Source of the DNA: a virus
Virus record (IMG/VR): IMGVR_UViG_3300012317_000001
Location: 1 to 41,850 of that record
Direction: 5' to 3' (one strand)
Length of the DNA stretch: 41,850 nucleotides
The notes below the pieces were generated by a model that was given only the letters and a program-made list of their open reading frames with translations, had not been told where the DNA came from and ran no database searches. Both the position numbers and the translations under genes were made by a program. Below, piece by piece: positions 10,633 to 17,829 of the stretch (the first letter of the stretch is position 1; every line of letters begins with the position of its first letter).

Positions 10633-10905
10633 ATGAAATGGTTGCTATTTTTAAAATATATAAATAATAAGTATATTATTGTTCGAGCAGGATCCAATAT
10701 TGTACCTACAGAAGAGTACGATAAGGTTTTACCTACAACTGAAAAAATCGCTCGTCAATCGGATAAAGTTTACTTTGATGGTGAGAAATTAAAGTTAAAA
10801 GATGGAGAAAAGTTATTATCTGTTGAAGAATTAAACGAATTAAAAGAAAGTCCGTTAGAAGAAGAATCTAAACAAACACAGCCAGTTATATTTGATATTG
10901 AGTAA
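10633..10905 (+). CDS. Hypothetical small tail-module protein
   Basis: Track ORF, 90 aa. Last gene before a rho-independent terminator. Confidence 0.4.
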   Translation: MKWLLFLKYINNKYIIVRAGSNIVPTEEYDKVLPTTEKIARQSDKVYFDGEKLKLKDGEKLLSVEELNELKESPLEEESKQTQPVIFDIE

Positions 10906-10933
10906 GCCATAGCCAGTGGAGGTTATGGCTTTT
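10906..10933 (+). terminator. Rho-independent terminator after the tail genes
   Basis: Stem gccatagcc / ggttatggc (one G-U pair), loop agtgga, followed by ttttaaattt. Confidence 0.6.
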
Positions 10934-10937
10934 AAAT

Positions 10938-11261
10938 TTGTACAAAGGACGTGAGAGCATGGAGAATGTTAACCGAAGTTGTGGAGATTATGAAACTAGA
11001 ATAAAAAGACTTGAAGATAATGACGAGAGAATCTTCGCATCTTTGGAACAAATAAAAGATGGGCAGCATAATCAAGAGCTGATAAATCAGAAAATGAACT
11101 TTACCCTAGATAGTATCAATCGAGAACGTGAAATTGATAAAGAAAGTAAAAAAGAAAACCGCAAAAACATTAAAGAGATGAAACGCTTAATGTTAGGTAT
11201 GGTCTTTTCAGTAGCAGGTTCTATTATTTTCGCTGTTATCAGAATGATTTTTGGTATATAA
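10938..11261 (+). CDS. Hypothetical coiled-coil protein with C-terminal transmembrane segment
   Basis: Track ORF, 107 aa. C-terminus LMLGMVFSVAGSIIFAVIRMIFGI is hydrophobic. An alternative start at ATG 10959 has a better RBS (aaggacgtgagagc). Confidence 0.4.
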   Translation: MYKGRESMENVNRSCGDYETRIKRLEDNDERIFASLEQIKDGQHNQELINQKMNFTLDSINREREIDKESKKENRKNIKEMKRLMLGMVFSVAGSIIFAVIRMIFGI

Positions 11262-11274
11262 GGAGGTGGTCAAT

Positions 11275-11337
11275 ATGTTTAAACTATTCGCAAAAGCTAG
11301 TTTCTGGACTTGTTATTGGTTTGGTCAATGTAAATAA
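11275..11337 (+). CDS. 20-aa mini-ORF (MFKLFAKASFWTCYWFGQCK) with a perfect Shine-Dalgarno; leader-peptide-like
   Basis: aaggaggtggtcaatATG. Lies between two terminators, and its stop is about 9 nt before the second terminator stem. Not in the ORF track because it is under 60 aa. Confidence 0.3.
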   Translation: MFKLFAKASFWTCYWFGQCK

Positions 11338-11346
11338 AATTAATTT

Positions 11347-11378
11347 AAGTCGGCACTTATGTGTCGGCTTTTTATTTT
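11347..11378 (+). terminator. Rho-independent terminator immediately upstream of the holin
   Basis: Stem aagtcggcac / gtgtcggctt (10 bp, 2 G-U pairs), loop ttat, then tttattttg. Confidence 0.6.
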
Positions 11379-11396
11379 GAATAAGGAGTGAATTAG

Positions 11397-11696
11397 ATGG
11401 AAAGTATTATTGCATTTGCAACAGTAATTTCAGTTATCACAATCGCATTAACACAATTAGTTAAGCAATCTGGTGTGCCTAAAAACATTGTACCTTTAAT
11501 TGCTATTGGTATTGGTATCGTTTTAGGTGGTATTACAGCGTTTATTCCTGAAATTATTACCGAGTTATCAATTGGTGGTCGATTGCTTGCTGGCTTAATA
11601 AGTGGACTAATGGCAACTGGTATTTGGGAAACAGTTAGACCACGTACAGGTTCAACTAAAGATAAAAATAATAAAATTGGTGGAGGTCGTGGATAA
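11397..11696 (+). CDS. Holin
   Basis: Track ORF, 99 aa. Two or three hydrophobic helices (IIAFATVISVITIALTQLV, IVPLIAIGIGIVLGGITAFI) and a charged C-terminus. RBS is ataaggagtg. Overlaps the endolysin start by 1 nt. Confidence 0.85.
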   Translation: MESIIAFATVISVITIALTQLVKQSGVPKNIVPLIAIGIGIVLGGITAFIPEIITELSIGGRLLAGLISGLMATGIWETVRPRTGSTKDKNNKIGGGRG

Positions 11697-13405
11697 TGGC
11701 AGAAAAATGGAATGGCGTTCCAGTTAAATATGATTTCTTACCTATTGGAACACGTAGAAGTGGGCAACCTTTAACAAGTAAGAAACCTTTATTTGCAGTA
11801 GCACATGACACAGGAAACCCTCACACAACAGCACAAACAAATGTAAACTATTATAGAAATACTTACATGGAAAGTTGGGCTACCGTTGCAAGCGCTCATA
11901 TCTTTGTTGACGATAAAGAGTGCATTGTATGTATTCCAGTAACAGAGAAAGCGTGGCATGTAATATATAACACGCCTACCGATAACCAATGGTACAATGC
12001 TGACGCTAACGACGTTGCGTTTGGTGTAGAGGGTAGTTATTTTCCGGGCAACATTCAACGTTCACGTAAGTCGTTAGATAATATGGCACGTGTGTTGGCT
12101 TATTTATGTAACTATTGGGGAATTGATTATAAAACCGAAGTGCCGGGACACCAAGATATTCAAGCTGATAAGATCGATCCCGGTAATTTATTAGAGGCTT
12201 GCGGATATTCACGCAACGTTAAAAATTTAGATAAACAGATCGCTAAATATATTAATGGCATTAAACCCGCACCGAGCAAGAAACTATCAACAAAAACAAG
12301 TAAAAAGCCGACACCTTCGCCTCAAAGTGTGGTTAAGTATAAAGAAGCAATCGAATACATGCATAGCTTGAAAGGACAATATATCGACTTTGATAAAGAG
12401 TTTGCTTATCAATGTGCAGATGTCGTTGTAGACTTTATCTATCATGTAACAGGCGGCGTACGTTTCATTGGCAACGCTAAAGAATTACACACTAAAAACG
12501 CCATGCCTAAAGGTTGGAAGGTTGTTAAAAATACAAGAGATTACGTGCCACCTATTTGTGCAATTCCCATTTATACGACAGGAGTTTACAAAAAGTGGGG
12601 ACATACTGGTTTAGTTTGGGATAACAGCGGCGGTACAAAAACATTTACAATCTTAGAGCAAAACTTTGATAGTAAAGCAAATTCACCAGCTAAATTACGT
12701 GAAGATGATTACACAGGCTTAACACATTTCATTGTGCCAGACTTCGCTGATGATAGCGTAGACTTAACAGATATTAAAGAAGTGAAAAAATCAGAACGTA
12801 AATCTAACAGTTCAATTTCAGTAAATAAAAAACCTCCTAAAAAATTAACATGGAGTAACCAACCATATTTCAAAGCAATTGCAGATAATGCAGGTGTCAC
12901 TATTTGTAGACCTAACCACAATAATGTGATGGTTACAACAAATGAAGAATATAAACCTGGAGACGTATTCTATGTATATGAAATTCGTGATGGTTGGGCT
13001 AGAGTTTACAGTCCAAGCAATGACGGTTATGTATGGTATGAACGCCTAATCGTTAAAGATATTTATAAAACAGCAGGTGGTAAAAAGTTTGCGAAAAAAG
13101 ATGATAAACAAGCAGTAGCGCAACGTAATATTCTTGCAGATACAACAGGTTTAAAAGTGAATAGTATTCCGCCTTTAAACATGAAGAAGTCATCTAAAGC
13201 TAAATTTAGAGCGCGTGTCGATTATTATGGTGCATCATTAGTTAAGTTCAAAGGTAAAGAGTGGTACGTGACAAACAATACTTATAGAGCAGGATATGAT
13301 AAATTTTATATCTTTGAAATTAAAAATGGTTGGTGTCGTGTTTATTCTAGAAATAACAATGGTTGGATATGGCATGAACGTCTAAGAATTGTAGAAGTAT
13401 ATTAA
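11696..13405 (+). CDS. Endolysin: N-terminal amidase_2/PGRP-like domain, central CHAP domain, two C-terminal SH3b-type repeats
   Basis: Track ORF, 569 aa. N-terminal AVAHDTGNPHTT...HIFVDD...GHQDIQADKIDPG is an amidase_2-like Zn amidase block. Central YQCADVV...GHTGLVWDN gives the CHAP Cys and His. Two repeats follow: (GDVFYVYEIRDGWARVYSPSNDGYVWYERL) and (YDKFYIFEIKNGWCRVYSRNNNGWIWHERL). Confidence 0.85.
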   Translation: MAEKWNGVPVKYDFLPIGTRRSGQPLTSKKPLFAVAHDTGNPHTTAQTNVNYYRNTYMESWATVASAHIFVDDKECIVCIPVTEKAWHVIYNTPTDNQWYNADANDVAFGVEGSYFPGNIQRSRKSLDNMARVLAYLCNYWGIDYKTEVPGHQDIQADKIDPGNLLEACGYSRNVKNLDKQIAKYINGIKPAPSKKLSTKTSKKPTPSPQSVVKYKEAIEYMHSLKGQYIDFDKEFAYQCADVVVDFIYHVTGGVRFIGNAKELHTKNAMPKGWKVVKNTRDYVPPICAIPIYTTGVYKKWGHTGLVWDNSGGTKTFTILEQNFDSKANSPAKLREDDYTGLTHFIVPDFADDSVDLTDIKEVKKSERKSNSSISVNKKPPKKLTWSNQPYFKAIADNAGVTICRPNHNNVMVTTNEEYKPGDVFYVYEIRDGWARVYSPSNDGYVWYERLIVKDIYKTAGGKKFAKKDDKQAVAQRNILADTTGLKVNSIPPLNMKKSSKAKFRARVDYYGASLVKFKGKEWYVTNNTYRAGYDKFYIFEIKNGWCRVYSRNNNGWIWHERLRIVEVY

Positions 13406-13444
13406 TATGTTATAATAAAAAACACGATTTTCATTCCATTCACT

Positions 13445-13474
13445 GGGGACAAGTTTAGTGCTTGTTCCTTTTTT
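13445..13474 (+). terminator. Hairpin plus T-run: ggggacaag / cttgttcct, loop tttagtg, then tttttt
   Basis: Read directly from the sequence. Immediately precedes the second TGTTATAAT. Confidence 0.5.
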
Positions 13475-13707
13475 ATGTTATAATCAAATAGAAATTGCGG
13501 TACACATCTGCGGAGTGTACTTGAGGTTAACTGTTACTGACGGTTATCTCTTTTGACCTATCTACCATGTTGTAGAAAAGGACTACGATAACGCAATAAT
13601 CTATTTTGCGTTATCAGATTATGTTATAATTAATTCACAAGGGTTTTACACCCAGTTAAAAACTTAATGATCTTTTGGAACAACTCATTTGAGCATGTTC
13701 CCTTCCA

Positions 13708-13738
13708 AGCCACCTAACATGTCACTGGGTGGCTTTTT
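13708..13738 (+). terminator. Hairpin plus T-run: agccacc / ggtggct, 13-nt loop, then ttttt
   Basis: Read directly from the sequence. Immediately precedes the fourth TGTTA(C)AAT element. Confidence 0.5.
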
Positions 13739-13813
13739 ATGTTACAATAAAGATACCCAGTTTGTGATAATTAAAATAATTATCAGATTTATAAGAGGCA
13801 ACACTATATTCTA

Positions 13814-13843
13814 ACCACGTTCTTATGAGCGTGGTGTTTTTTT
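13814..13843 (+). terminator. Hairpin plus T-run: accacg / cgtggt, 10-nt loop, then ttttttt
   Basis: Read directly from the sequence. Confidence 0.45.
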
Positions 13844-13858
13844 ATATAAACATATTAT

Positions 13859-13887
13859 TTGCTAAATATACCCCTATGGGGTATAAT
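13859..13887 (+). promoter_or_regulatory. Near-consensus sigma-A promoter TTGCTA-N17-TATAAT with an inverted repeat (atacccc tat ggggtat) over the spacer and -10
   Basis: ttgcta at 13859-13864, a 17-nt spacer, tataat at 13882-13887. The 7-bp-arm palindrome at 13868-13884 is operator-like. Confidence 0.55.
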
Positions 13888-13893
13888 ACTCTT

Positions 13894-14662
13894 ACTGGCA
13901 TAACAGATAAACCACAGTGATGTGGTGAAAGGTGCAGTTTGACAAACGGCCGGGTGGAAACATCTAACTTATGCAATTGTGTAAAACTAAAGGTTATCAT
14001 CTAGGTGGTAACACTAATGTGAGTAAAGCATTACTCCCTATGGCAAATGCTCGGGGATTGGGAAAAGGCCTAAGTACCATTAATGCCGTCGAACATTAGA
14101 TTTTTACATAAAGGTATGATAGTCCGAACCTATCAAGTAAGGGCGTGTACCATGATTTGTATCTGTGGTGGCGGACAGTAATACAATGAGAATGGCTAGT
14201 ACGATGATAAGGAACGTCATGGCGAAGTGAAGCATTTCGTTATTCAAAAGATAATGAAACTTCTGGGGAAGCACTTCGTCGGTCAGAACAATTAATTTTA
14301 CAATTGGCTAAATACAATGATATGTATTGGAAATTAAAACAAGCGAAAGCCTTCCCCCGTTAGTGACGAAAGCACCCTAAGACTTCACACGAAAGTGAAT
14401 GAAGTTTGTTATCGTTTCGCAAAAACGGTAGCAATCTATCGCAAAGTAAAGCAGTCAAGGGACTTGCAAACCTTTGATTAATTGAAATCGGTAGAGTAGT
14501 CTCTAACGCAATGAGTGATTGGCCATTACCAATCGGGTGTAGATAGTACGTCGGGGACGGCGTGGATAAGAGAAGAACATATAATGTCTCTAAAGCTATC
14601 TAAAGTAAGGTGTAGTCTCAGCCTATACATAAACCGTACCTTAATTGGTGCGGTCTTTTTTT
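13894..14662 (+). ncRNA. Candidate large structured non-coding RNA of about 770 nt between the promoter at 13859 and the terminator at 14633 (class unknown)
   Basis: No ORF of 60 aa or more in any frame across 13406-14713. GC is visibly higher than in the AT-rich flanks (ggccgggtgg, gctcggggattggg, cgtcggggacggcgtgg). Many local helices, several capped by GNRA loops (cacGAAAgtg, gtgacGAAAgcac), and longer-range pairings such as ggcgaagtg / cacttcgtc. Bounded by promoter and terminator in the same orientation. Confidence 0.3.
14633..14662 (+). terminator. Rho-independent terminator closing the long ORF-free transcript unit
   Basis: accgtacc / ggtgcggt (one G-U pair), loop ttaatt, then c ttttttt. 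Confidence 0.55.
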
Positions 14663-14673
14663 ATACATAAAAA

Positions 14674-14707
14674 TAGTGTTACAAGCACTACCTACCCTGT
14701 AACACTA
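14674..14707. other. Candidate attP core: perfect 10-bp inverted repeat tagtgttaca / tgtaacacta around a 14-bp spacer, 6 nt from the integrase stop
   Basis: Read directly. Serine-integrase attP sites are short, dyad-symmetric and usually adjacent to int. This could also serve as the int transcript terminator hairpin. Confidence 0.3.
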
Positions 14708-14713
14708 CTACCA

Positions 14714-16111
14714 TTAAAATTTAAAAGTAATCTCCCTTATATTAAGAGTATTGACCTTACCGTTCTCATTATACTTTCTAGGAACAAAGTCAAACGCAAT
14801 CTCTTTAACCGTACTCAAGATTAACTCCTCTTTTTGCTCTACATTTAACTTACTCCAACCTTTAATCAAGATGTCATCAATCATATTTAATTGTTCATTC
14901 GTAACTGTTTGTGTACTTTCCAATTTCGCACCAGCACGTTCAACTTCATCAAGTATCTCTTTAGTTTCGTCCATCAAACTAAAATACTCATCATCTTCAA
15001 TGTAACCTAATGACCATGATCTAGTAAGTTTCTCACGTTGTTTCATAATCTTATCTATATCATAATCTAGTTTAGGTGTACTTTCTTCTACAATATCCAC
15101 TTTAAATTTATTTGTATCATATGTTTTGAGTAACTTTATAAACTTATCTTCTACTTCGCTCTCATTGAATGAAATAGTTTGAACGTTTTTATTTTTTGAA
15201 CACGTATCACATTTATAGCGTCTTACTTCGTAAGAATATCCTTTTTTATCCGTTATCTTACCAGCGTATAGATGTAGCTTATTATGGCACTGTGGACACG
15301 TTAGAACACCTCTAAAGATAGCGTGATGTTTTACCTTACTTCTATGTGTTTTGTTCTCTATAACGTCTATAATGCGTTTATAATCACTTTCTGATAACAC
15401 TGGCTCATGCGTATTCTCAATATACATATCTCCATACTTAGTATGACCACGTAATACTGGGTTTTTCATCAACCTAATAATAGAAGTCCTATTCCATTTC
15501 TTAACCTTCGGTACATTGACCTTCTTCAAATTCATCTGTCTAGCAATTTCACTACCTGATACACCATGTTTGAATTGCTCAACAAGATAATCAATTACCC
15601 ACTTATGCTTATTAGGTACAAGTTTCCCATCTACATTGTCATAGCAAAAGGGAGCTTCTCTAATATAGTTACCTTCTCTTACTGCTGCACGACTACCAAA
15701 CAATGCACGTTCACGTATTGTAGCACGTTCCCACTCAGCCATAGCACCTACCATAGTGATAAATAACTTACCAATGGCAGTTGTAGTATCAAATACTTCA
15801 GTAGCACTCTTGAACGCCACGTTATACTTCTCAAACGTTTCTAGCATTTCAAGTAAGTCTTTAACATTACGTGTTAATCTATCTAACTTATAAACTAACA
15901 CTAGATCATAATTTTCTAGATTATCCATAATACGCTTTAATGCTGGTCTATTCATCGAGCCACCACTTACACCAGCGTCAGTAAATACTTTGAAATCGTG
16001 CCAATTCTGAACTTCGCAAAAGGCTTTTAATTTCCGTTCTTGCTCATGGATAGAATAACCTTCCGTTGCTTGCTCATAGGAACTCACTCTTGTGTAGATT
16101 GCCACTTTCAT
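14714..16111 (-). CDS. int: Large serine recombinase (integrase)
   Basis: Track ORF 14714..16120. The better start is ATG 16109-16111 with RBS aaaggagtgacatatATG. N-terminus MKVAIYTRVSSYEQ...GYSI..Q is the resolvase catalytic domain with Ser. A long recombinase domain with Cys-rich zinc-ribbon-like motifs (CPQCHNKL, CDTCSKNK) and a coiled coil follows; 465 aa. Confidence 0.9.
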   Translation of the reverse strand: MKVAIYTRVSSYEQATEGYSIHEQERKLKAFCEVQNWHDFKVFTDAGVSGGSMNRPALKRIMDNLENYDLVLVYKLDRLTRNVKDLLEMLETFEKYNVAFKSATEVFDTTTAIGKLFITMVGAMAEWERATIRERALFGSRAAVREGNYIREAPFCYDNVDGKLVPNKHKWVIDYLVEQFKHGVSGSEIARQMNLKKVNVPKVKKWNRTSIIRLMKNPVLRGHTKYGDMYIENTHEPVLSESDYKRIIDVIENKTHRSKVKHHAIFRGVLTCPQCHNKLHLYAGKITDKKGYSYEVRRYKCDTCSKNKNVQTISFNESEVEDKFIKLLKTYDTNKFKVDIVEESTPKLDYDIDKIMKQREKLTRSWSLGYIEDDEYFSLMDETKEILDEVERAGAKLESTQTVTNEQLNMIDDILIKGWSKLNVEQKEELILSTVKEIAFDFVPRKYNENGKVNTLNIREITFKF

Positions 16112-16158
16112 ATATGTCACTCCTTTAAAAAATGATGCTACCTAAGAATTTATCGCAT

Positions 16159-16186
16159 AAAAAAAGACACCTATATAAAATAGGTG
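16159..16186 (-). terminator. Terminator for the leftward cI operon, upstream of the int gene
   Basis: Stem cacctat / ataggtg, loop ataaa. The minus strand then reads ttttttt. Confidence 0.45.
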
Positions 16187-16348
16187 CCACTTATAATTAT
16201 AAGATTTCAAGTTTACTATTCAAATATGAATAGCGAATATGAAAAAAGTTTAGGAATAATTCCCTAATATATTGTTATAGTAGCACCTTATTCATTTTTT
16301 GGCAAAGAAAGTGATACACATAAAGTGCGTACCACATATCAATAAAAT

Positions 16349-16492
16349 TTAAAATATAGATGTTACTATCCACTTCAACAATTCCCAGAGCAGCATAATT
16401 GCAAATATGAATCCTAAACAACCTATCCCCATTCCTGGAATTGCTAATAAACAAGTATAGAAGTTAGTACAACCGTCATTTTGTTTAGCCAT
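16349..16492 (-). CDS. 47-aa hydrophobic membrane peptide (MAKQNDGCTNFYTCLLAIPGMGIGCLGFIFAIMLLWELLKWIVTSIF)
   Basis: Strong RBS aaggagatagaaATG on the minus strand. Under 60 aa so absent from the track. Co-directional with and downstream of cI. Confidence 0.5.
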   Translation of the reverse strand: MAKQNDGCTNFYTCLLAIPGMGIGCLGFIFAIMLLWELLKWIVTSIF

Positions 16493-16543
16493 TTCTATCT
16501 CCTTTATTTTTATAATTTATATTAAAACGCTAAAAGGACGCAG

Positions 16544-16684
16544 TTAATCTTTATAAACATCTTTATTTTCAGTTAACGGTATATCGTTTTTTACCATATA
16601 TTCCAATTGTTTCATACTATATACTGGGACTTTCACTAATTCGTCCCAGTGTTTTGGTTCTTCGTCATAATATTCCCATTCCAT
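16544..16684 (-). CDS. 46-aa acidic protein (MEWEYYDEEPKHWDELVKVPVYSMKQLEYMVKNDIPLTENKDVYKD)
   Basis: RBS ggaggttttattATG begins 11 nt after the cI stop, suggesting translational coupling. Under 60 aa. Confidence 0.5.
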   Translation of the reverse strand: MEWEYYDEEPKHWDELVKVPVYSMKQLEYMVKNDIPLTENKDVYKD

Positions 16685-16695
16685 AATAAAACCTC

Positions 16696-17412
16696 CTATA
16701 AAATAACTTTTCCAACTAATCTAACACTTTCATTCTCGTAAAAGTGTAAGTCACGATAATCTTTGTTTAACGAAACAAGCGTCAGCCTATTTTCTCCCAC
16801 ATGAACTTTCTTAATATAAGACTCTCCGTTGATAATGAATACACCTATTTGACCATTTTTTATATTATTAGATTTCTCTACAAAGATAATTTCTTTATCA
16901 CTAAACATTGGCTCCATTGAATTACCATTAACTTGCAAAGCAATATCATGTGGAGGGATGTAACCTTTGACGTTAACTTTAAAAATTGGTTCATCAAAGA
17001 TATGTTCACCAGTACCAGCAGACACATAACCATTAACGTCAGTTAATGTTGTATTTTCATTTTTGTATGTATCTAGGTCAATCACATTATCATCAGTAGA
17101 GTTTTGCAATTCTAACTGATGATTAGCGAAATTTAATACATTATGTTGGCGTGGAGGTGTGAGTTGATTGTAAACAGTTGTAATATCATTGTCTTCTTTA
17201 TAGGTGGTATCAATGTCGCTTTTACCAACCCCGAAGACGTCAGCTATTCTTTGAATTACACCATGTGAAGGGTTGGAACGTAAATTTAAATAATCACTTA
17301 ATGTAGATGGTTTAATATTAATTAATTCAGCTAATTGTTTTTGAGTCATTTCAGCTTCTTTTATATATTTCCTTATATTATTAGCGATTATTTTGTTTCT
17401 TTCTTTATTCAT
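16696..17412 (-). CDS. cI: CI-like repressor (HTH_XRE N-terminal domain with S24 LexA-type autopeptidase C-terminal domain)
   Basis: Track ORF, 238 aa. The HTH reads QKQLAELINIKPSTLSDYLN. C-terminal GNSMEP (the Ser) ...GQIGVF...VGKVIL (the Lys) is the S24 signature. Confidence 0.85.
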   Translation of the reverse strand: MNKERNKIIANNIRKYIKEAEMTQKQLAELINIKPSTLSDYLNLRSNPSHGVIQRIADVFGVGKSDIDTTYKEDNDITTVYNQLTPPRQHNVLNFANHQLELQNSTDDNVIDLDTYKNENTTLTDVNGYVSAGTGEHIFDEPIFKVNVKGYIPPHDIALQVNGNSMEPMFSDKEIIFVEKSNNIKNGQIGVFIINGESYIKKVHVGENRLTLVSLNKDYRDLHFYENESVRLVGKVIL

Positions 17413-17430
17413 AGTTCATCGCCTCCTTAT

Positions 17431-17521
17431 TTCGTATTATACGAAATTTTCATATTAAAGTAAAGTTTTTTACGAAAAAAACGTATTTAGTGTTGACAAT
17501 ACGAAAAAAACGTATTATATT
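17431..17521. promoter_or_regulatory. Immunity switch: divergent cI and cro promoters with three operator palindromes based on TACGAAA / TTTCGTA
   Basis: ttcgta-tta-tacgaa at 17431-17445 overlaps a leftward -10 (the minus strand reads tataat). tacgaaaaaaacgta occurs at 17471-17485 and 17499-17515. Rightward promoter TTGACA at 17493-17498, a 17-nt spacer containing the third operator, -10 tatatt at about 17516-17521. Confidence 0.6.
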
Positions 17522-17546
17522 AGTGTTACCGAAAGGCGGTGATTAC

Positions 17547-17816
17547 ATGAAAACATTAAAAGAGTTGAGAACTGATTACGGATTAACTCAAGAAGAACTT
17601 GGAGAGTTATTTAAAGTTTCTTCTCGCACAATCCAAAATATGGAAAAAGATTCTACCAATATAAAGGATAGTTTACTTTCAAAATATATGAACGCTTTTA
17701 ATGTTAAATACGATGATATTTTTTTAGGTAATGAATACGAAAATTTCGTATTCATGAATGACAAAAAGAAATCAATCATTTTAGCATTTAAAGAAAAAGA
17801 ACGACAAACAACTTAA
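17547..17816 (+). CDS. cro: Cro-like HTH_XRE regulator
   Basis: In frame within track ORF 17490..17816. Start ATG 17547 follows RBS aaaggcggtg. MKTLKELRTDYGLTQEELGELFKVSSRTIQNMEK is an HTH. First gene transcribed divergently from cI. Confidence 0.7.
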   Translation: MKTLKELRTDYGLTQEELGELFKVSSRTIQNMEKDSTNIKDSLLSKYMNAFNVKYDDIFLGNEYENFVFMNDKKKSIILAFKEKERQTT

Positions 17817-17829
17817 GGAGGAAATCAAA

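Larger units (their letters stand above)
13406..13748 (+). promoter_or_regulatory. Four tandem copies of an extended -10-like element TATGTTATAAT (the last reads TATGTTACAAT), three of them directly after hairpin plus T-run structures
   Basis: TGnTATAAT elements at 13408-13416, 13476-13484, 13622-13630 and 13740-13748. The first abuts the lysin stop and has TTGTAG 16 nt upstream. None is followed by an ORF. Confidence 0.4.

Noticed and set aside
14380-14420. Hairpin aagacttcacacGAAAgtgaatgaagttt resembling a group II intron domain V (lower helix, 2-nt bulge, upper helix, GNRA loop)
   Set aside because: The upper helix is only 3 bp and no AGC catalytic triad is present. There is no GUGYG 5' end, no intron-encoded protein, and no interrupted host gene. 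It was kept only as evidence of RNA structure.
13406-14713. tRNA, tmRNA 3' fragment or RNase P RNA in the lysin-int gap
   Set aside because: No GGTTCGAATCC-type T-arm, no CCA-end acceptor context, and no GGAAAGTCC P4 motif were seen. The eye search is weak, but nothing supports these classes.
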